Shown: positions 15,258 to 25,500, counted from the stretch's first letter. The stretch: 36,046 nucleotides of DNA from an uncultured Eubacteriales bacterium (GCA_964533555.1 CAZHMA010000001.1:1-36046); one strand, 5' to 3'. Notes: generated by a model not told the origin, from the letters alone. A program made the numbers and translations.

Positions 15258-16619
15258 CTAATCGCGCAGCTTGCCGCGGATCTCCTGCGCGCGAGCGAGC
15301 GCGCGCTCCTTGTCGACGGTCAGGTACTCTCCCCGGTCGAACAGCATGCGCCCTGCCACCATGGTGGCGAGCACGTCCTTCTGGTTCGCCGTGTGGACGA
15401 GCGCGCTGTACGGGTCCTGGGTCGGCACCATGTGCGGGCTCGACGACAGGTCGACGGCGATGATGTCCGCGCGCTTGCCCACTTCGAGTGAGCCGATCTC
15501 GTGCTCGAGGCCCAGGGCGCGCGCGCCGTGGATGGTGGCGAGGCGGATGAAGGTCCGCGCCGTGAAGTAGCGGTAGAAGTCGGTCTCGCCCGCCACGCCG
15601 CGCTGGAGCAGCAATCCGATGCGCATCTCGTCGAAGGGATCGACGGTGTTGTTCGACGCCGGCGAGTCCGTTCCGAGCCCGACGGTGAGGCCGTGCTCGA
15701 AGAACGACCGCAGCGGCGCGATGCCCATCCCGAGCTTCGCGTTGCAGCGCGGGCAGTGGGCCACGGCGACGTCGCTGGCGGCCAGCACGTCGATGTCCGC
15801 GTCGTCGACCTGGACGCAGTGAACGGCCATGACCCGCGGAAGGTCGAACAGGCCCCACTGCAGCACGTACTGGACCGGGCTCACGCCGGTGGGCATCCAC
15901 GCGACGTCGCGCCAGCCCGACTGCTCGCGGAAGTCCTGCGCGAGGTTCGAGGAGCCGTACTTGACGAAGTCGTACTCGTCGCGCGAGCCGGCAAGGTGGA
16001 TGGCGGCAGGCAGGCCGCGCCGCTCGGCGAGCGCCGCGGCCTCCGTGAAGAGCGAAGGATGACAGGTGTACGGGGAGTGCGGGGCGATGCCGATCTCGAT
16101 GGGCGCGCCGGACGCGACCTCGCCCCAGGCCTCGATGTCTTCGGCCGCGGCCTGCATGCGCCCGGCCACGAGCGCCTTGTCCATCGTGGAGACCTCGCGG
16201 TACACGACGCCGCCCAGGCCCATGCCCTTGGCAGCGAGCACGGAGTTCCCCGAGTTGGTGATGTCGGCGATGGTCGTGATCCCCGAGCCGGCGGTCTCCA
16301 TCGCGCCCAGGAGGGCGGAGTCCATCCAGTCCTCTTTGCTGAGGCGCGACTCCTTGTTCTGGACCTGCATCTTCCACGCGGTGTAGGGCGCGTCATCGAC
16401 CGCGCCGCGGAAGACCGAGTACTCGAGGTGGGTGTGCAGGTCGACGAATCCCGGCATGAGCACCGCCAGGCCGAAGTCCCGCACCTCCTCCTCGGGATAG
16501 GCACCGGCGAGCTCCGCGCGGAGCCCGACCGCCACGATACGGTCTCCGCGCACGAGCACCGCGCCGTCCTCGAGGTGAGGCCCGGAGATCGGAAGGACAT
16601 ATCTGGCAGTCAGCAGCAT
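15258..16619 (-). CDS. metal-dependent amidohydrolase (MtaD/aminofutalosine-deaminase/chlorohydrolase family)
   Basis: GFVDLHTHLEYS (HxH), AIHLAGS, AVHCV and GLGTDSPASNN match the subtype-I amidohydrolase ligand pattern. Confidence 0.85.
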   Translation of the reverse strand: MLLTARYVLPISGPHLEDGAVLVRGDRIVAVGLRAELAGAYPEEEVRDFGLAVLMPGFVDLHTHLEYSVFRGAVDDAPYTAWKMQVQNKESRLSKEDWMDSALLGAMETAGSGITTIADITNSGNSVLAAKGMGLGGVVYREVSTMDKALVAGRMQAAAEDIEAWGEVASGAPIEIGIAPHSPYTCHPSLFTEAAALAERRGLPAAIHLAGSRDEYDFVKYGSSNLAQDFREQSGWRDVAWMPTGVSPVQYVLQWGLFDLPRVMAVHCVQVDDADIDVLAASDVAVAHCPRCNAKLGMGIAPLRSFFEHGLTVGLGTDSPASNNTVDPFDEMRIGLLLQRGVAGETDFYRYFTARTFIRLATIHGARALGLEHEIGSLEVGKRADIIAVDLSSSPHMVPTQDPYSALVHTANQKDVLATMVAGRMLFDRGEYLTVDKERALARAQEIRGKLRD

Positions 16620-16628
16620 GGCGTCATC

Positions 16629-17357
16629 CTACTTCGTCGCGACGTGGAGAGCGACCCCGCCGAACAGCAGGTCGACCCAGTGCACTTCGGAGAAGCCGGC
16701 TCGCACCAGCTCCATCTCGAGGGTCCCCTGCCGCGGGAACGCATGGATGGAGTCGTTGAGGTACTGGTAGGAGGCGCGGTCGCCGGCCACGATCGCCCCG
16801 AGCAGCGGCACGACATGGCCGGTGTAGAGGTCGTAGAAGGGCCGGAACCACGCGTGCGGGTGGCTGAACTCCAGGATCACGTAGCGCCCGCCCGGCTTGA
16901 GCACGCGCATGACCTCGCGGAAGTTCGCATCGCGGTCCGGCATGTTGCGCAGGCCGAAGCCCACCGTCACGACGTCGAACGTCTCGTCGGGCAGCGTGAG
17001 CGCCTGGGCGTCCTGGATGTCGAAGCGCAGCTGGGTGCGACCGTCCCAACCCGCGGCCTTGGCCTTCGCGATGTCGAGCATCTCGGGCACGAAGTCCGTC
17101 GCGAGCACGTACTCGGGGACGCCCGTGCGCGCGATCTCGAGGGCGAGATCGCCGGTGCCGGCCGCCAGGTCCAGGACCGCGCAGCCACGCGTCAGCCCAG
17201 CCTCGCGCACCGCGCGCCGGCGCCACCGGCCGTGCATGCCCAGGCTCGTGAGGGCGTTCAGCCGGTCGTAGTCGCGCGCGATGTTCGAGAAGATGTGCTG
17301 CACCTTCTCGGTGGTCGGAACGCCCCGCTCTTCCTCGCCGTCGCCGACACGTGGCAT
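16629..17357 (-). CDS. menG: demethylmenaquinone/ubiquinone methyltransferase (UbiE/MenG)
   Basis: VQHIFSNIARDYDRLNALTSLGMH, SAM motif VLDLAAGTGD, GFGLRN and LKPGGRYVILEFS. The start is the ATG at 17357. Alternatively it is the GTG at 17372, which overlaps the upstream stop (GTGA). Confidence 0.9.
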   Translation of the reverse strand: MPRVGDGEEERGVPTTEKVQHIFSNIARDYDRLNALTSLGMHGRWRRRAVREAGLTRGCAVLDLAAGTGDLALEIARTGVPEYVLATDFVPEMLDIAKAKAAGWDGRTQLRFDIQDAQALTLPDETFDVVTVGFGLRNMPDRDANFREVMRVLKPGGRYVILEFSHPHAWFRPFYDLYTGHVVPLLGAIVAGDRASYQYLNDSIHAFPRQGTLEMELVRAGFSEVHWVDLLFGGVALHVATK

Positions 17358-17368
17358 GCGCTCGTCGC

Positions 17369-19147
17369 TCACAGCAGCGCCTCCGGCTTCTCGCGGTGCA
17401 CGCCGAACTTGCGCCGGCCCGTCACGATCGCCCAGTTCTCCGAGAACCACAGCGCGATCACGTTGAAAAGGTGCCGCGGACGCGTGTAGGCGGGCCAGTT
17501 CAGCTCGGACTTCTCGCAGACGGTCGATTCGTTGAGCCGGTCGATCTCCACCCGGAAGTCGGCGAGCGCGGCGGCTCGCTGTGCCGGGTCTCCGGCCACG
17601 ATCTCGTCGATGCGTTCCATGGCGAGCGTGGCCTGGGCGATCCGGGCCTCGGTCTGCGGCGCCTGGTCGGCGGGGATGGCTCCGACCGCGGCCTTCACCC
17701 GGTTCACGCCGATGGCCGCCTGGTACGTGGCGTCGATCAGCTCGCCCTTCGACAGCGAGGTCGACTCGTAGTTCATGATGTAGCGCCACGAGGGCTCCAG
17801 GAGCAGCTGACGGTGCTCCTCGAGCGTGGTCGCCAAACGCTTGTAGCCGTACTTCTCCGGGTTGTCGAACGCGAGCGAGCCCGGGTCCAGGAACGGCGCC
17901 ATGGGGCTGATGAACGGCAGCAGGCGGCAGTCGTTGCCCGTGCGCTCGTAGAGCCCCTTCACGTACTCCGGCGTCTCGAGCACGGACGCGGCGGTCTGCC
18001 CGGGGATGCCCGTCATGAAGTAGAGGTCGAACCGCTTGCACCCGTGGCGCAGCGCGGCGCGGATGGACTCCTCCACCTGCTCGGTCGTGTAGTGCTTCTT
18101 GCCGAACGCCGCGCGCACGTCGTCGTCGTGGCTTTCGGCCGAGATCTCGACCGAATAGTCCGTCAGGTGGGCGTCCAGGAACTCGTAGAGCTCCTCGTCG
18201 GGCGGGGTGAAGAACTCGAACCCGATGGGGTTGCGCAGGTTGATGCGCGAGAGCCCCTTCACGAACGTCTCCATGTAGTCCCGCCCGGCCTGCAGGAAGT
18301 CGTTCAGCACGAACACGGGGCCCGGAATGTACTTCTGGATGTGCTGGATGTCGCGGACCAGCAGCTCGGGGTCGCGGAAGGCGATCCTGTCCCGGCCGAA
18401 GTGCTCGCGAAACGCGTAGGCGCTGCCGCCGCAGGTCACGCAGTTGTGCGTGCAGCCGCGGCAGGTGAGCGATGCGCAGACCGGGTACTGCAGCCAGTCC
18501 TTGAACGGGACGAAGCCCATCATGTCCCGGTACCGGATGACCGCGCGCATGTTGAACGAGTAGTCGAGGCTGATATCGTCCATGTCCGCCGGCACCCATG
18601 ACAGCTCGTTCACCACGATCGCGCCGGTCGCGTCCCGGTAGGTCAGGTTGGGGACGTCATCCAGGCTCCCCTTGCGCCTGAGCGCCATCATGAGGCGCCG
18701 CAGGGGCTCTTCGGTGGAGTCGCCCCTGAGCACGTAGTCCACGCAATCGTACGACGCGAGCTCCTCGTGGAAGTAGCTGGACGACAGCCCGCCGAAGATC
18801 ACGGGCGTGCCCGGGTGGTGCTTCTTGCAGATCTTCGCGATCTCCACGGAGCCGTGGGCGTGCGGCAGCCAGTGCAAGTCGATACCGAAGGCCAGCGGGT
18901 TCATGTCCGCGATGGCCTTCTCTACGTCGAAGTCCGGCCGGTTGAGCATGAGCACCGCAAGGTTCACGATGCGCACGTTCAGGCCGTTGCGCTCCAGGTA
19001 CTCGGCCATGGTCGTGAAGCCGAGAGGGTACATCTCGAACACGGGCGTCGAGGGCACCATGTCCGACACGGGGCCGAACATGATGGAGCGCTCGCGGAAG
19101 TCGTACACGCTCGGGGCATGCAGGAGCACAAGATCCATGCGGGCCAT
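17369..19147 (-). CDS. B12-binding-domain radical SAM protein (class B rSAM, TIGR04190-like)
   Basis: The N-terminus has a Rossmann-like cobalamin-domain pattern (DLVLLHAP...PLGFTTMAEYLERNGLNVRIVNL...VIFGG). The rSAM cluster is LTCRGCTHNCVTCGG, i.e. CxxxCxxC. Confidence 0.85.
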   Translation of the reverse strand: MARMDLVLLHAPSVYDFRERSIMFGPVSDMVPSTPVFEMYPLGFTTMAEYLERNGLNVRIVNLAVLMLNRPDFDVEKAIADMNPLAFGIDLHWLPHAHGSVEIAKICKKHHPGTPVIFGGLSSSYFHEELASYDCVDYVLRGDSTEEPLRRLMMALRRKGSLDDVPNLTYRDATGAIVVNELSWVPADMDDISLDYSFNMRAVIRYRDMMGFVPFKDWLQYPVCASLTCRGCTHNCVTCGGSAYAFREHFGRDRIAFRDPELLVRDIQHIQKYIPGPVFVLNDFLQAGRDYMETFVKGLSRINLRNPIGFEFFTPPDEELYEFLDAHLTDYSVEISAESHDDDVRAAFGKKHYTTEQVEESIRAALRHGCKRFDLYFMTGIPGQTAASVLETPEYVKGLYERTGNDCRLLPFISPMAPFLDPGSLAFDNPEKYGYKRLATTLEEHRQLLLEPSWRYIMNYESTSLSKGELIDATYQAAIGVNRVKAAVGAIPADQAPQTEARIAQATLAMERIDEIVAGDPAQRAAALADFRVEIDRLNESTVCEKSELNWPAYTRPRHLFNVIALWFSENWAIVTGRRKFGVHREKPEALL

Positions 19148-19271
19148 GCGGGTTCCTTTCCGGCAGTCCGCTTAGGTTACTTGTTCTTCGCCGCCGGCGG
19201 TATCTTGTCCTGCGCAAGTTCGCGTGCGTCGACCACGACCCAGCGGCCGCCGGCGGGATCGAACGCGGTCA

Positions 19272-19715
19272 CTAGCGCGTCTTGAGCGGCTTCGGGATCG
19301 CGCCCGTGGCGACGTCCTGGGCGTCTGAGATGACCCAGCCGGCGGCGTCTCGTCTCAGCGCGAACAGCGTCGCTGACGCCCACCCGGGGTGCGTCTTGTC
19401 GACGACCCAGACGACCACGACCTCCGCCCGGGCGGTCTCTTCCTTACTGACGTACGGCGCCTGCCATTCGGGGATCGGCGCCACCGTGGTTGTGGAGGCC
19501 TTCGCGGCGTCGGCGAGTGCGGTCGCCACGGCCGACTCCTCGAACCGCGGCGCGTACGAGGCCACGTCCTTGACCTGGTCGCGACGCAGCTCCAGCGCCT
19601 TCTGAACGGTCGCCGCGGCCGGGTCCGTGACCGTGGCCGCGGCACAGCCGGCAAGGGCCAAGACAGCGGCGGCCAACACCACCAGCGCGGATCGTGCGAC
19701 CCACGTCCCGGCCAT
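19272..19715 (-). CDS. small lipoprotein, unknown function
   Basis: The signal peptide has the lipobox LALAGC (MAGTWVARSALVVLAAAVLALAGCAA). The ATG at 19715 shares one base with the ccsA stop (TGATG). Confidence 0.65.
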   Translation of the reverse strand: MAGTWVARSALVVLAAAVLALAGCAAATVTDPAAATVQKALELRRDQVKDVASYAPRFEESAVATALADAAKASTTTVAPIPEWQAPYVSKEETARAEVVVVWVVDKTHPGWASATLFALRRDAAGWVISDAQDVATGAIPKPLKTR

Positions 19716-20554
19716 CAGAACCCCCTCATGTACGCGGCGTGTATCGAGTTGTACAGGATGGGCACCACGGCGAAGGAGAAGACCATGAGCGGCAGTGCCA
19801 AGATGAGGACCCACGCCGAACGCCGGTCGCGCCAGCCCAGTGTGAGCCTCAGGTGCAGATAGAGGGCGTAGACCAACCACACGACGAGCGACCACGTCTC
19901 GATCGCGTCCCAGCCCCAATAGCGGCCCCAGGACTCGTTGGCCCAGATGGCACCCGCAGCGATCATCACGCTCAGGAAGATGAGACCCACCGCCGCGAAC
20001 CGGAACGACAGCTCGTCCACCACCGGCTGGGAAGGCAACTTGTCGAGGAACGGCTTGAGGCGCCCGCCGCCGGATCGATCCCGGATCAGGTATGCCACGG
20101 CCAGCGCGAAGGCGACCACGAACGAGGAGTACGCCAGCCTCGCGAAGAGCACGTGCACCGTGAGCCACCAGCTCGCGAGCATGCCGGTGACGAGCTCGTC
20201 GGACTTGTCCGCAAGCATGGCCGCGCCGAGGCCGAGGAGCGCCACCGGCATGAGCACCATGCCGAGGGGACGGAACACCGGGCGCACGAGTGCCACGACC
20301 AGGAGCATGGCCACTGTGGCGAACGCGTAGGCAGATACGACCTCGTAGAACCCGAGGAACGGGGCGTGCCCGACCCGCACCCAGCGCACGATCGTGCCCG
20401 CCCCGTGCAGCGCCAGGCCGACGCCGGCGATCCAGGTTCCGGCACGCATCAGTCCGGCCCGGACGAACACGCCGCCGGCTATGAACGCCACGCTGGCTGC
20501 GGCGTAGACCAGCACCGTCGCCCACATCAGCACGATCTCGATGGACAGGCTCAT
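19715..20554 (-). CDS. ccsA: cytochrome c biogenesis (system II) haem-handling protein CcsA/ResC
   Basis: WWD motif WGRYWGWDAIETWS, conserved His residues and multiple TM helices. The ATG at 20554 overlaps the resB stop (ATGA). Confidence 0.88.
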   Translation of the reverse strand: MSLSIEIVLMWATVLVYAAASVAFIAGGVFVRAGLMRAGTWIAGVGLALHGAGTIVRWVRVGHAPFLGFYEVVSAYAFATVAMLLVVALVRPVFRPLGMVLMPVALLGLGAAMLADKSDELVTGMLASWWLTVHVLFARLAYSSFVVAFALAVAYLIRDRSGGGRLKPFLDKLPSQPVVDELSFRFAAVGLIFLSVMIAAGAIWANESWGRYWGWDAIETWSLVVWLVYALYLHLRLTLGWRDRRSAWVLILALPLMVFSFAVVPILYNSIHAAYMRGF

Positions 20555-21966
20555 GACGCCTCCTCCGAACCCGCTGCTGCGCGCAAGACCGCCTCGATCC
20601 GTTCGTGGAAGATCGGGTCGCGCCGGGCGTGCCAAACCCTCGCCCGCAGGATCACGGCGCCATCCTCTGTTGCGATGGTGACACCCACACGACGCAGCGG
20701 GGCGAGCACCGCCACGCCCAGACCGCCGACCGCGACCACAAAGATCCCGTATAGGAACGGAACGGACCAATCGTTCGCCACGGAGACGCTGGCCCAGTCC
20801 TTGACCTGAACCAGCCGCAGCCGTTCCCCGCCTGGCAGCGGCACGGTGTCGCCCTCCGCCACGACCGTCGACGTCGACGCACCGGATTCGGGCGTGAGCA
20901 CCTCGACGAGGGCACGGCTGCGTCCCGGCGTTTGAGTCGCGGCGACCGATGACGCTCCCGTGAGCACCTGAAGGCGCACCTCGACGGCGGTGCCCCCGGT
21001 GCTCGACGCCGCAACGAACGACTGCGGAACGGTTCCGCTCTCGGTGCTCGTACTCCGATCCAGGAGGAGCGTGCCGCGGGCGATCTCGCCACCGTACGGT
21101 CGCTCGACCGCGACGACGGCAGCGGGTCCGAAGTCGACCATGTGAACGAGCAGGCTTCCTACCCGAAGCGGGCTGTTGGGATACACGCGACCCGAAGCGA
21201 TCTCGTCTCCGTCGCGCCAAGCCGAGATACGAGGCGCAGCGCCATAGTCGACGTTGCCGACGCGATAGTGGCGGACGATGTCGGTAGCCACCAACTCGAT
21301 GCCCGTGAATCTCGCGCCGAACAGCGGCGACTCAGCGATGCTCCGGTAGTTGGCGCGCTCATCCGCGACGCGCTCGCCCTCTGGAAGGCCCATGACGCCT
21401 TCGGCGCGCGTCGCCTGTCCTGCGGCAGCGACCAGGATCAGGCCGACGATCGCCCAGTGAAAGACGGCGCTGGCCACCGGGCCGGCGCCCCCCGCCCTGC
21501 CGTACGCAAGGCCGTCTCCGCTGTCGACTCGCAGTCTCAGGCGCCGCAGACGGCGGGCCGCGTCGAACAGGACGTCTTCGGCGTCACGGGTATCAGCGAC
21601 CTGTAGCACGATCTGCGCGTGTTCCGTCACATGGCCGGCGAGACCCTCCGGCACTCGTGTCACCGACTGGATGGAGCGGCGCGCACGGACAGTGCGCTCC
21701 GTGGCGCATGCCGCGGTGGACGCGACCAGAAGCGCCATCGTCGCCATGAAGAGCGGCGACGCAAATCCTCTGAACAGGCCGAGCGGTCCGGCGATCGCGG
21801 CGGCAACCGGGTGCGCCGTGGACCATGTCCTCACTGAGGGGTCGGTTGCGGCGCCACGCGGCACCAGTGTGCCGATGACGGCGTAGGCGAGCAGTCCCGT
21901 GATCAGGACCGCCGCGAGGCGCCTGGATCTCAGCGCCCGCACAAGGCGCTTCCACGCCCCTGACAT
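20551..21966 (-). CDS. ccsB: cytochrome c biogenesis (system II) protein ResB/CcsB
   Basis: N-terminus WKRLVRALRSRRLAAVLITGLLAYAVIGTLVP, a large extracytoplasmic loop and a C-terminal TM. It is coupled to ccsA. Confidence 0.8.
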   Translation of the reverse strand: MSGAWKRLVRALRSRRLAAVLITGLLAYAVIGTLVPRGAATDPSVRTWSTAHPVAAAIAGPLGLFRGFASPLFMATMALLVASTAACATERTVRARRSIQSVTRVPEGLAGHVTEHAQIVLQVADTRDAEDVLFDAARRLRRLRLRVDSGDGLAYGRAGGAGPVASAVFHWAIVGLILVAAAGQATRAEGVMGLPEGERVADERANYRSIAESPLFGARFTGIELVATDIVRHYRVGNVDYGAAPRISAWRDGDEIASGRVYPNSPLRVGSLLVHMVDFGPAAVVAVERPYGGEIARGTLLLDRSTSTESGTVPQSFVAASSTGGTAVEVRLQVLTGASSVAATQTPGRSRALVEVLTPESGASTSTVVAEGDTVPLPGGERLRLVQVKDWASVSVANDWSVPFLYGIFVVAVGGLGVAVLAPLRRVGVTIATEDGAVILRARVWHARRDPIFHERIEAVLRAAAGSEEAS

Positions 21967-22487
21967 CAGGGCGTCTCCGGAGCGAGTGTGCCCACCTGGC
22001 TCGCGGGCACGGTAGCCGTCGCACTGATCGCCCTGACGTCGGTCACCTGCCAGGACCCGTCACCGACTCGTGTCAGGTCCCAAGACAGGTCGTAGACCAG
22101 GCCCTCCTGAGTCAGCACCAGCGCGCCCGTCTTGCGGGAGTAGTGCCTGTAGTCCCACGTCTCCCGGGTCTCAGCGAGCGCCGAGGTGCCCTCCACGCTC
22201 ACCTTGACGAATCTGAGGTCGCGCAGCGTCGGGTCCAACCGGACACCCCCCTCCGCGAGCGATGACATGTGTATGTACTCATCCTCCGCCTGAAGCTGGG
22301 ACGCCACTTCGCGCATGCCGTTCATGTTCAGCGAGCGATACCCGTCGGCGAGTATCTCGTCGTAGCGCTGGATCGTGGAGCGGATCGCGCGCTCGTCCGG
22401 GGACAGCGATGAGCAGCCCGCCAGCACGAAGGCGGCAAGCAGCAGCGCGGCCGTGAGTCGCCGGGTGCGAGCGATGACTAGGGTCAT
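21966..22487 (-). CDS. small lipoprotein, unknown function
   Basis: MTLVIARTRRLTAALLLAAFVLAGCSS has the lipobox LAGC. The stop shares one base with the ResB ATG (TGATG). I chose the start at the Met at 22487. The track ORF begins at 22529. Confidence 0.65.
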   Translation of the reverse strand: MTLVIARTRRLTAALLLAAFVLAGCSSLSPDERAIRSTIQRYDEILADGYRSLNMNGMREVASQLQAEDEYIHMSSLAEGGVRLDPTLRDLRFVKVSVEGTSALAETRETWDYRHYSRKTGALVLTQEGLVYDLSWDLTRVGDGSWQVTDVRAISATATVPASQVGTLAPETP

Positions 22488-22562
22488 TTGTTCTACCTCG
22501 TTCACGCCATGGGGCCGCGCGAGCATCATGCCACGCTTGGCGACGAACGCGTCAGTAGGGCG

Positions 22563-25500
22563 CTACCACGACTCGGCGTTGACGTTCGTGGACGACGCCG
22601 AATGCTGCCCACAGCTACGCTGACCGCAGTCGGCGGCCTGCCAGTTGATATCCGCTCGCTTGATGTACCACGTTAGCCAGCCGCCACGGGATCCTTGCGT
22701 TCCGCGGTTGCCCTGGCCATCGGCTGTGTACCGCAGCGGCAGGTTGCCCGGGTAGCCCGTCACGGTCGCGTCCTTGCCGGTTGCGCTCAGAAGTCGAGAT
22801 ACCTTGCCCCCATGTGGGACTCGGATGTGGCAGGCAACGCAAGGCTCGTTGTGGTCGCCGCGGGCGTGGAGATCCTGGCCCGAAGCTGCGCTGTCGATGT
22901 TGTGACAGTTACGGCAGAAGAGGCCGTCCGCGGTGTCCAGACTCGTGTCCCATCCGCTGTAGCCGGTCCCAGCCGCGGCCGTCGATTGCCGGAAGCCGGT
23001 CAGCGCACTCGAGCCGTTAGCCGCCGCGGTACTGTAGGGCCACGCCTGGTTGGGGCCCTTCAACATCCACTTCACGGAGCTCCCGTGTGGTCCGAGCGAG
23101 CCCGCGTTGCTCTCTGCGTGACAATCGGAGCAGTACATGGTGCTGCCGCGCGTCCAACCACCGTAAGAGACGCCCCCGACCGTGAACGCAGGGCGCAGCT
23201 GGGCGGCCTGGCTGAGCTGGCTCGACCCGTTCGCGCCGGGGTCCGTCGCCGGAAGTGCTGCGATGACCGGATGATAGGACTGATTGCTCGTGGAGAACTC
23301 GAGTCCGACATCGGTCCATGCCGTCGAACCCGTGCCGCCCCAGGTGATGAGCGTCGTCTGCCCCTGTGCACTCGTGTTCTGGTTGAATCCTGAGTGGCAT
23401 CGGAAGCAGATCTGATACTCCTTGGTGGCCGGATCGACCGTGGTGTACCCGGTCGGCGAAGTCCAGTTGCCGGTGGCGAGCGTCGGCTCTGCCCCCTGCA
23501 CTCCCTGGAGAGCGCCGGAGACTGCGTTGGTTCCGCGACTGTGACGCGTAGCCTGCGCGGCGTGCACATCGTGGCAATCGGCACACTCGACGTGGCGGTT
23601 GGCGCTCAGGTACGCCCTTGTCTCGTCCGTCGGCGACGGACGATGGATGCCATCGTAGCTGCCGACCAAGTGCGCCCATCCCCCCGAAGACGCCCATGTC
23701 CAGGGGATCGCGGTGGGCGCCCGCAGGTAGCCGGGGGCCGTGGTTCCCCATGAGTAGGTGAGGCCGTAGTTGCCGGCGGTCGTGACCGCGTTGGTCTGCA
23801 CGCCGAGGTCGACGACTATCTTGTCGCCCGGGTTGAGCGTCACAGCCACGCCGTTGGCCGTTGCGAACGTCTGCACCGTACCCGGAACCGCGGTGGTTCC
23901 CATCTCGGTGGTCGCGTATCGTTGCGCAGTCACCACGTCGGTCTTCGTGGCGTTGTCCGCACGCCACACGTATATGTAGTAGAAGACGTACGCGTTGGCG
24001 TTGGCGCTCGACTCGCGGTCAAAGACCGATACGTTCCAGGCACCCGCGGCGACGTTCGTGGTCGATGCCACCGGCGGCGAGACCAGCCGCAGCCTGCGCC
24101 AGTTCTGGGTGCCCGCAGGCACCGCGTACGTCGCGGTATCGAAGCTCTCGACCGCGACCGACGCCGCGCTCGGAGCCATGAGCCGCTGGGTGAACGCTCC
24201 GCTCACGTTGTAGTACGTGACACCCTGGTCGCCGGTCGGCGCGTTGCCGGACACCGATCCGTCGGTATTCGGACGGAAGTAGAGCGTCGCGTTGCTGGTG
24301 GTCGCTTGGGGCGTCCCGAGCTGCATGAGGTCGTAGATGTTCTCGGCCGTGACCGACGTGGCGATCATGTTGTACCAGTCGCGGCCCGCGGTCGCCTTGA
24401 AGCCGTCCGCGCTCTGGCTGTGGCACTTGTAGCAGTTGTCCTCCTCGTGCGGAGGCTCGGTCAGCGCCACGCCCATGGCGGCCAGGATCCGGCGCTGAGC
24501 ACTGTAGTGTGTGCTGAACTTGTTGACGGAGCTCTGGAAGCCGACGGTCTTGGTGCCGACCTCCATGCCGCCGTTGTTCGACTCGTCGTCGTGGCACTTC
24601 ACACAGTTGCCGTTGAACGTGGACGCGTCCGAGCCGAATGTCGAAGGTGCGGTGTAGTCGTGCGCGGAGACGTTGTAGCCGGCCGACGTGATGATCGGCA
24701 GGGTCGTGGAGTTGGTCTCCGCCTTCTGGTCCGCGTTGTCGCGCGTCAGCGCCGTGCTGTGGCAGCTCAGGCAGACGCCGCCGTTCACGTTGTTGTAGTC
24801 GGTGTTGGTGTCGTCCGCTGCGGTCGGCGTCGCGGCGCCGATCGTCGAGCGCAGGTTGCTGGCCCGCGTGTAGGTGCCCACGACGTTCGGGTCGAACAGG
24901 TCGTGGTCGACATGACACGACAGGCAGAAGACCTCCTGGCGGAAGTTCGCGTCGCCGCTCAGGGGATAGGTGAGCGTGTCGCCGCTGCGCGTGGCGTTGC
25001 CCATCACGTGATGGTACGACGAGGCACGGCTCGGGCCGACGGTGGCCAGAACGCTGTCTTCCATGTAGTTCTGGTACACGGTGTGGCACGTGTAGCACGG
25101 GATCTTGCCCTTGGACTCGCCGCCCGTCGGGTTGTGCACGTTGGCCGAGGTCGAGAGGGCGAAGTCATCGCCGTGGCACAGGTAGCACGAGTACGTGGTG
25201 TCGCCGACACGGTGGCCGACATAGGCCGGGAGCTTCAGCACGCCGCCCGTGCGCGAGATGCCGAGTACCTGGTCGGCGGGCAGCGCGACCGTGAAGCCAC
25301 CGGCGCCGTTGTACCCGGCTCCCGTGTCGGAGGTCGTGTGGCAGCTGAAGCAGAAGTTGCGCACGTTGCTGGCGGTCACCTGGCCGAGCGCGGTCATGTT
25401 GAGCTGGCCGGCGGTGGCCCCGACAGTGAGCGAGGCGCCGTTGAGCTGAGTCGGCACGAGGAGCCCGTATCCGTTGCCGGCCCCGTGCGGGTTGTGGCAT

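Noticed and set aside
22602-22628. CGQRSCGQH near the C-terminus as a 46th haem site
   Set aside because: The spacing is C-x4-C-x2-H, not CxxCH (nor the known CxxxCH, CxxxxCH or CxxCK variants), so I did not count it.
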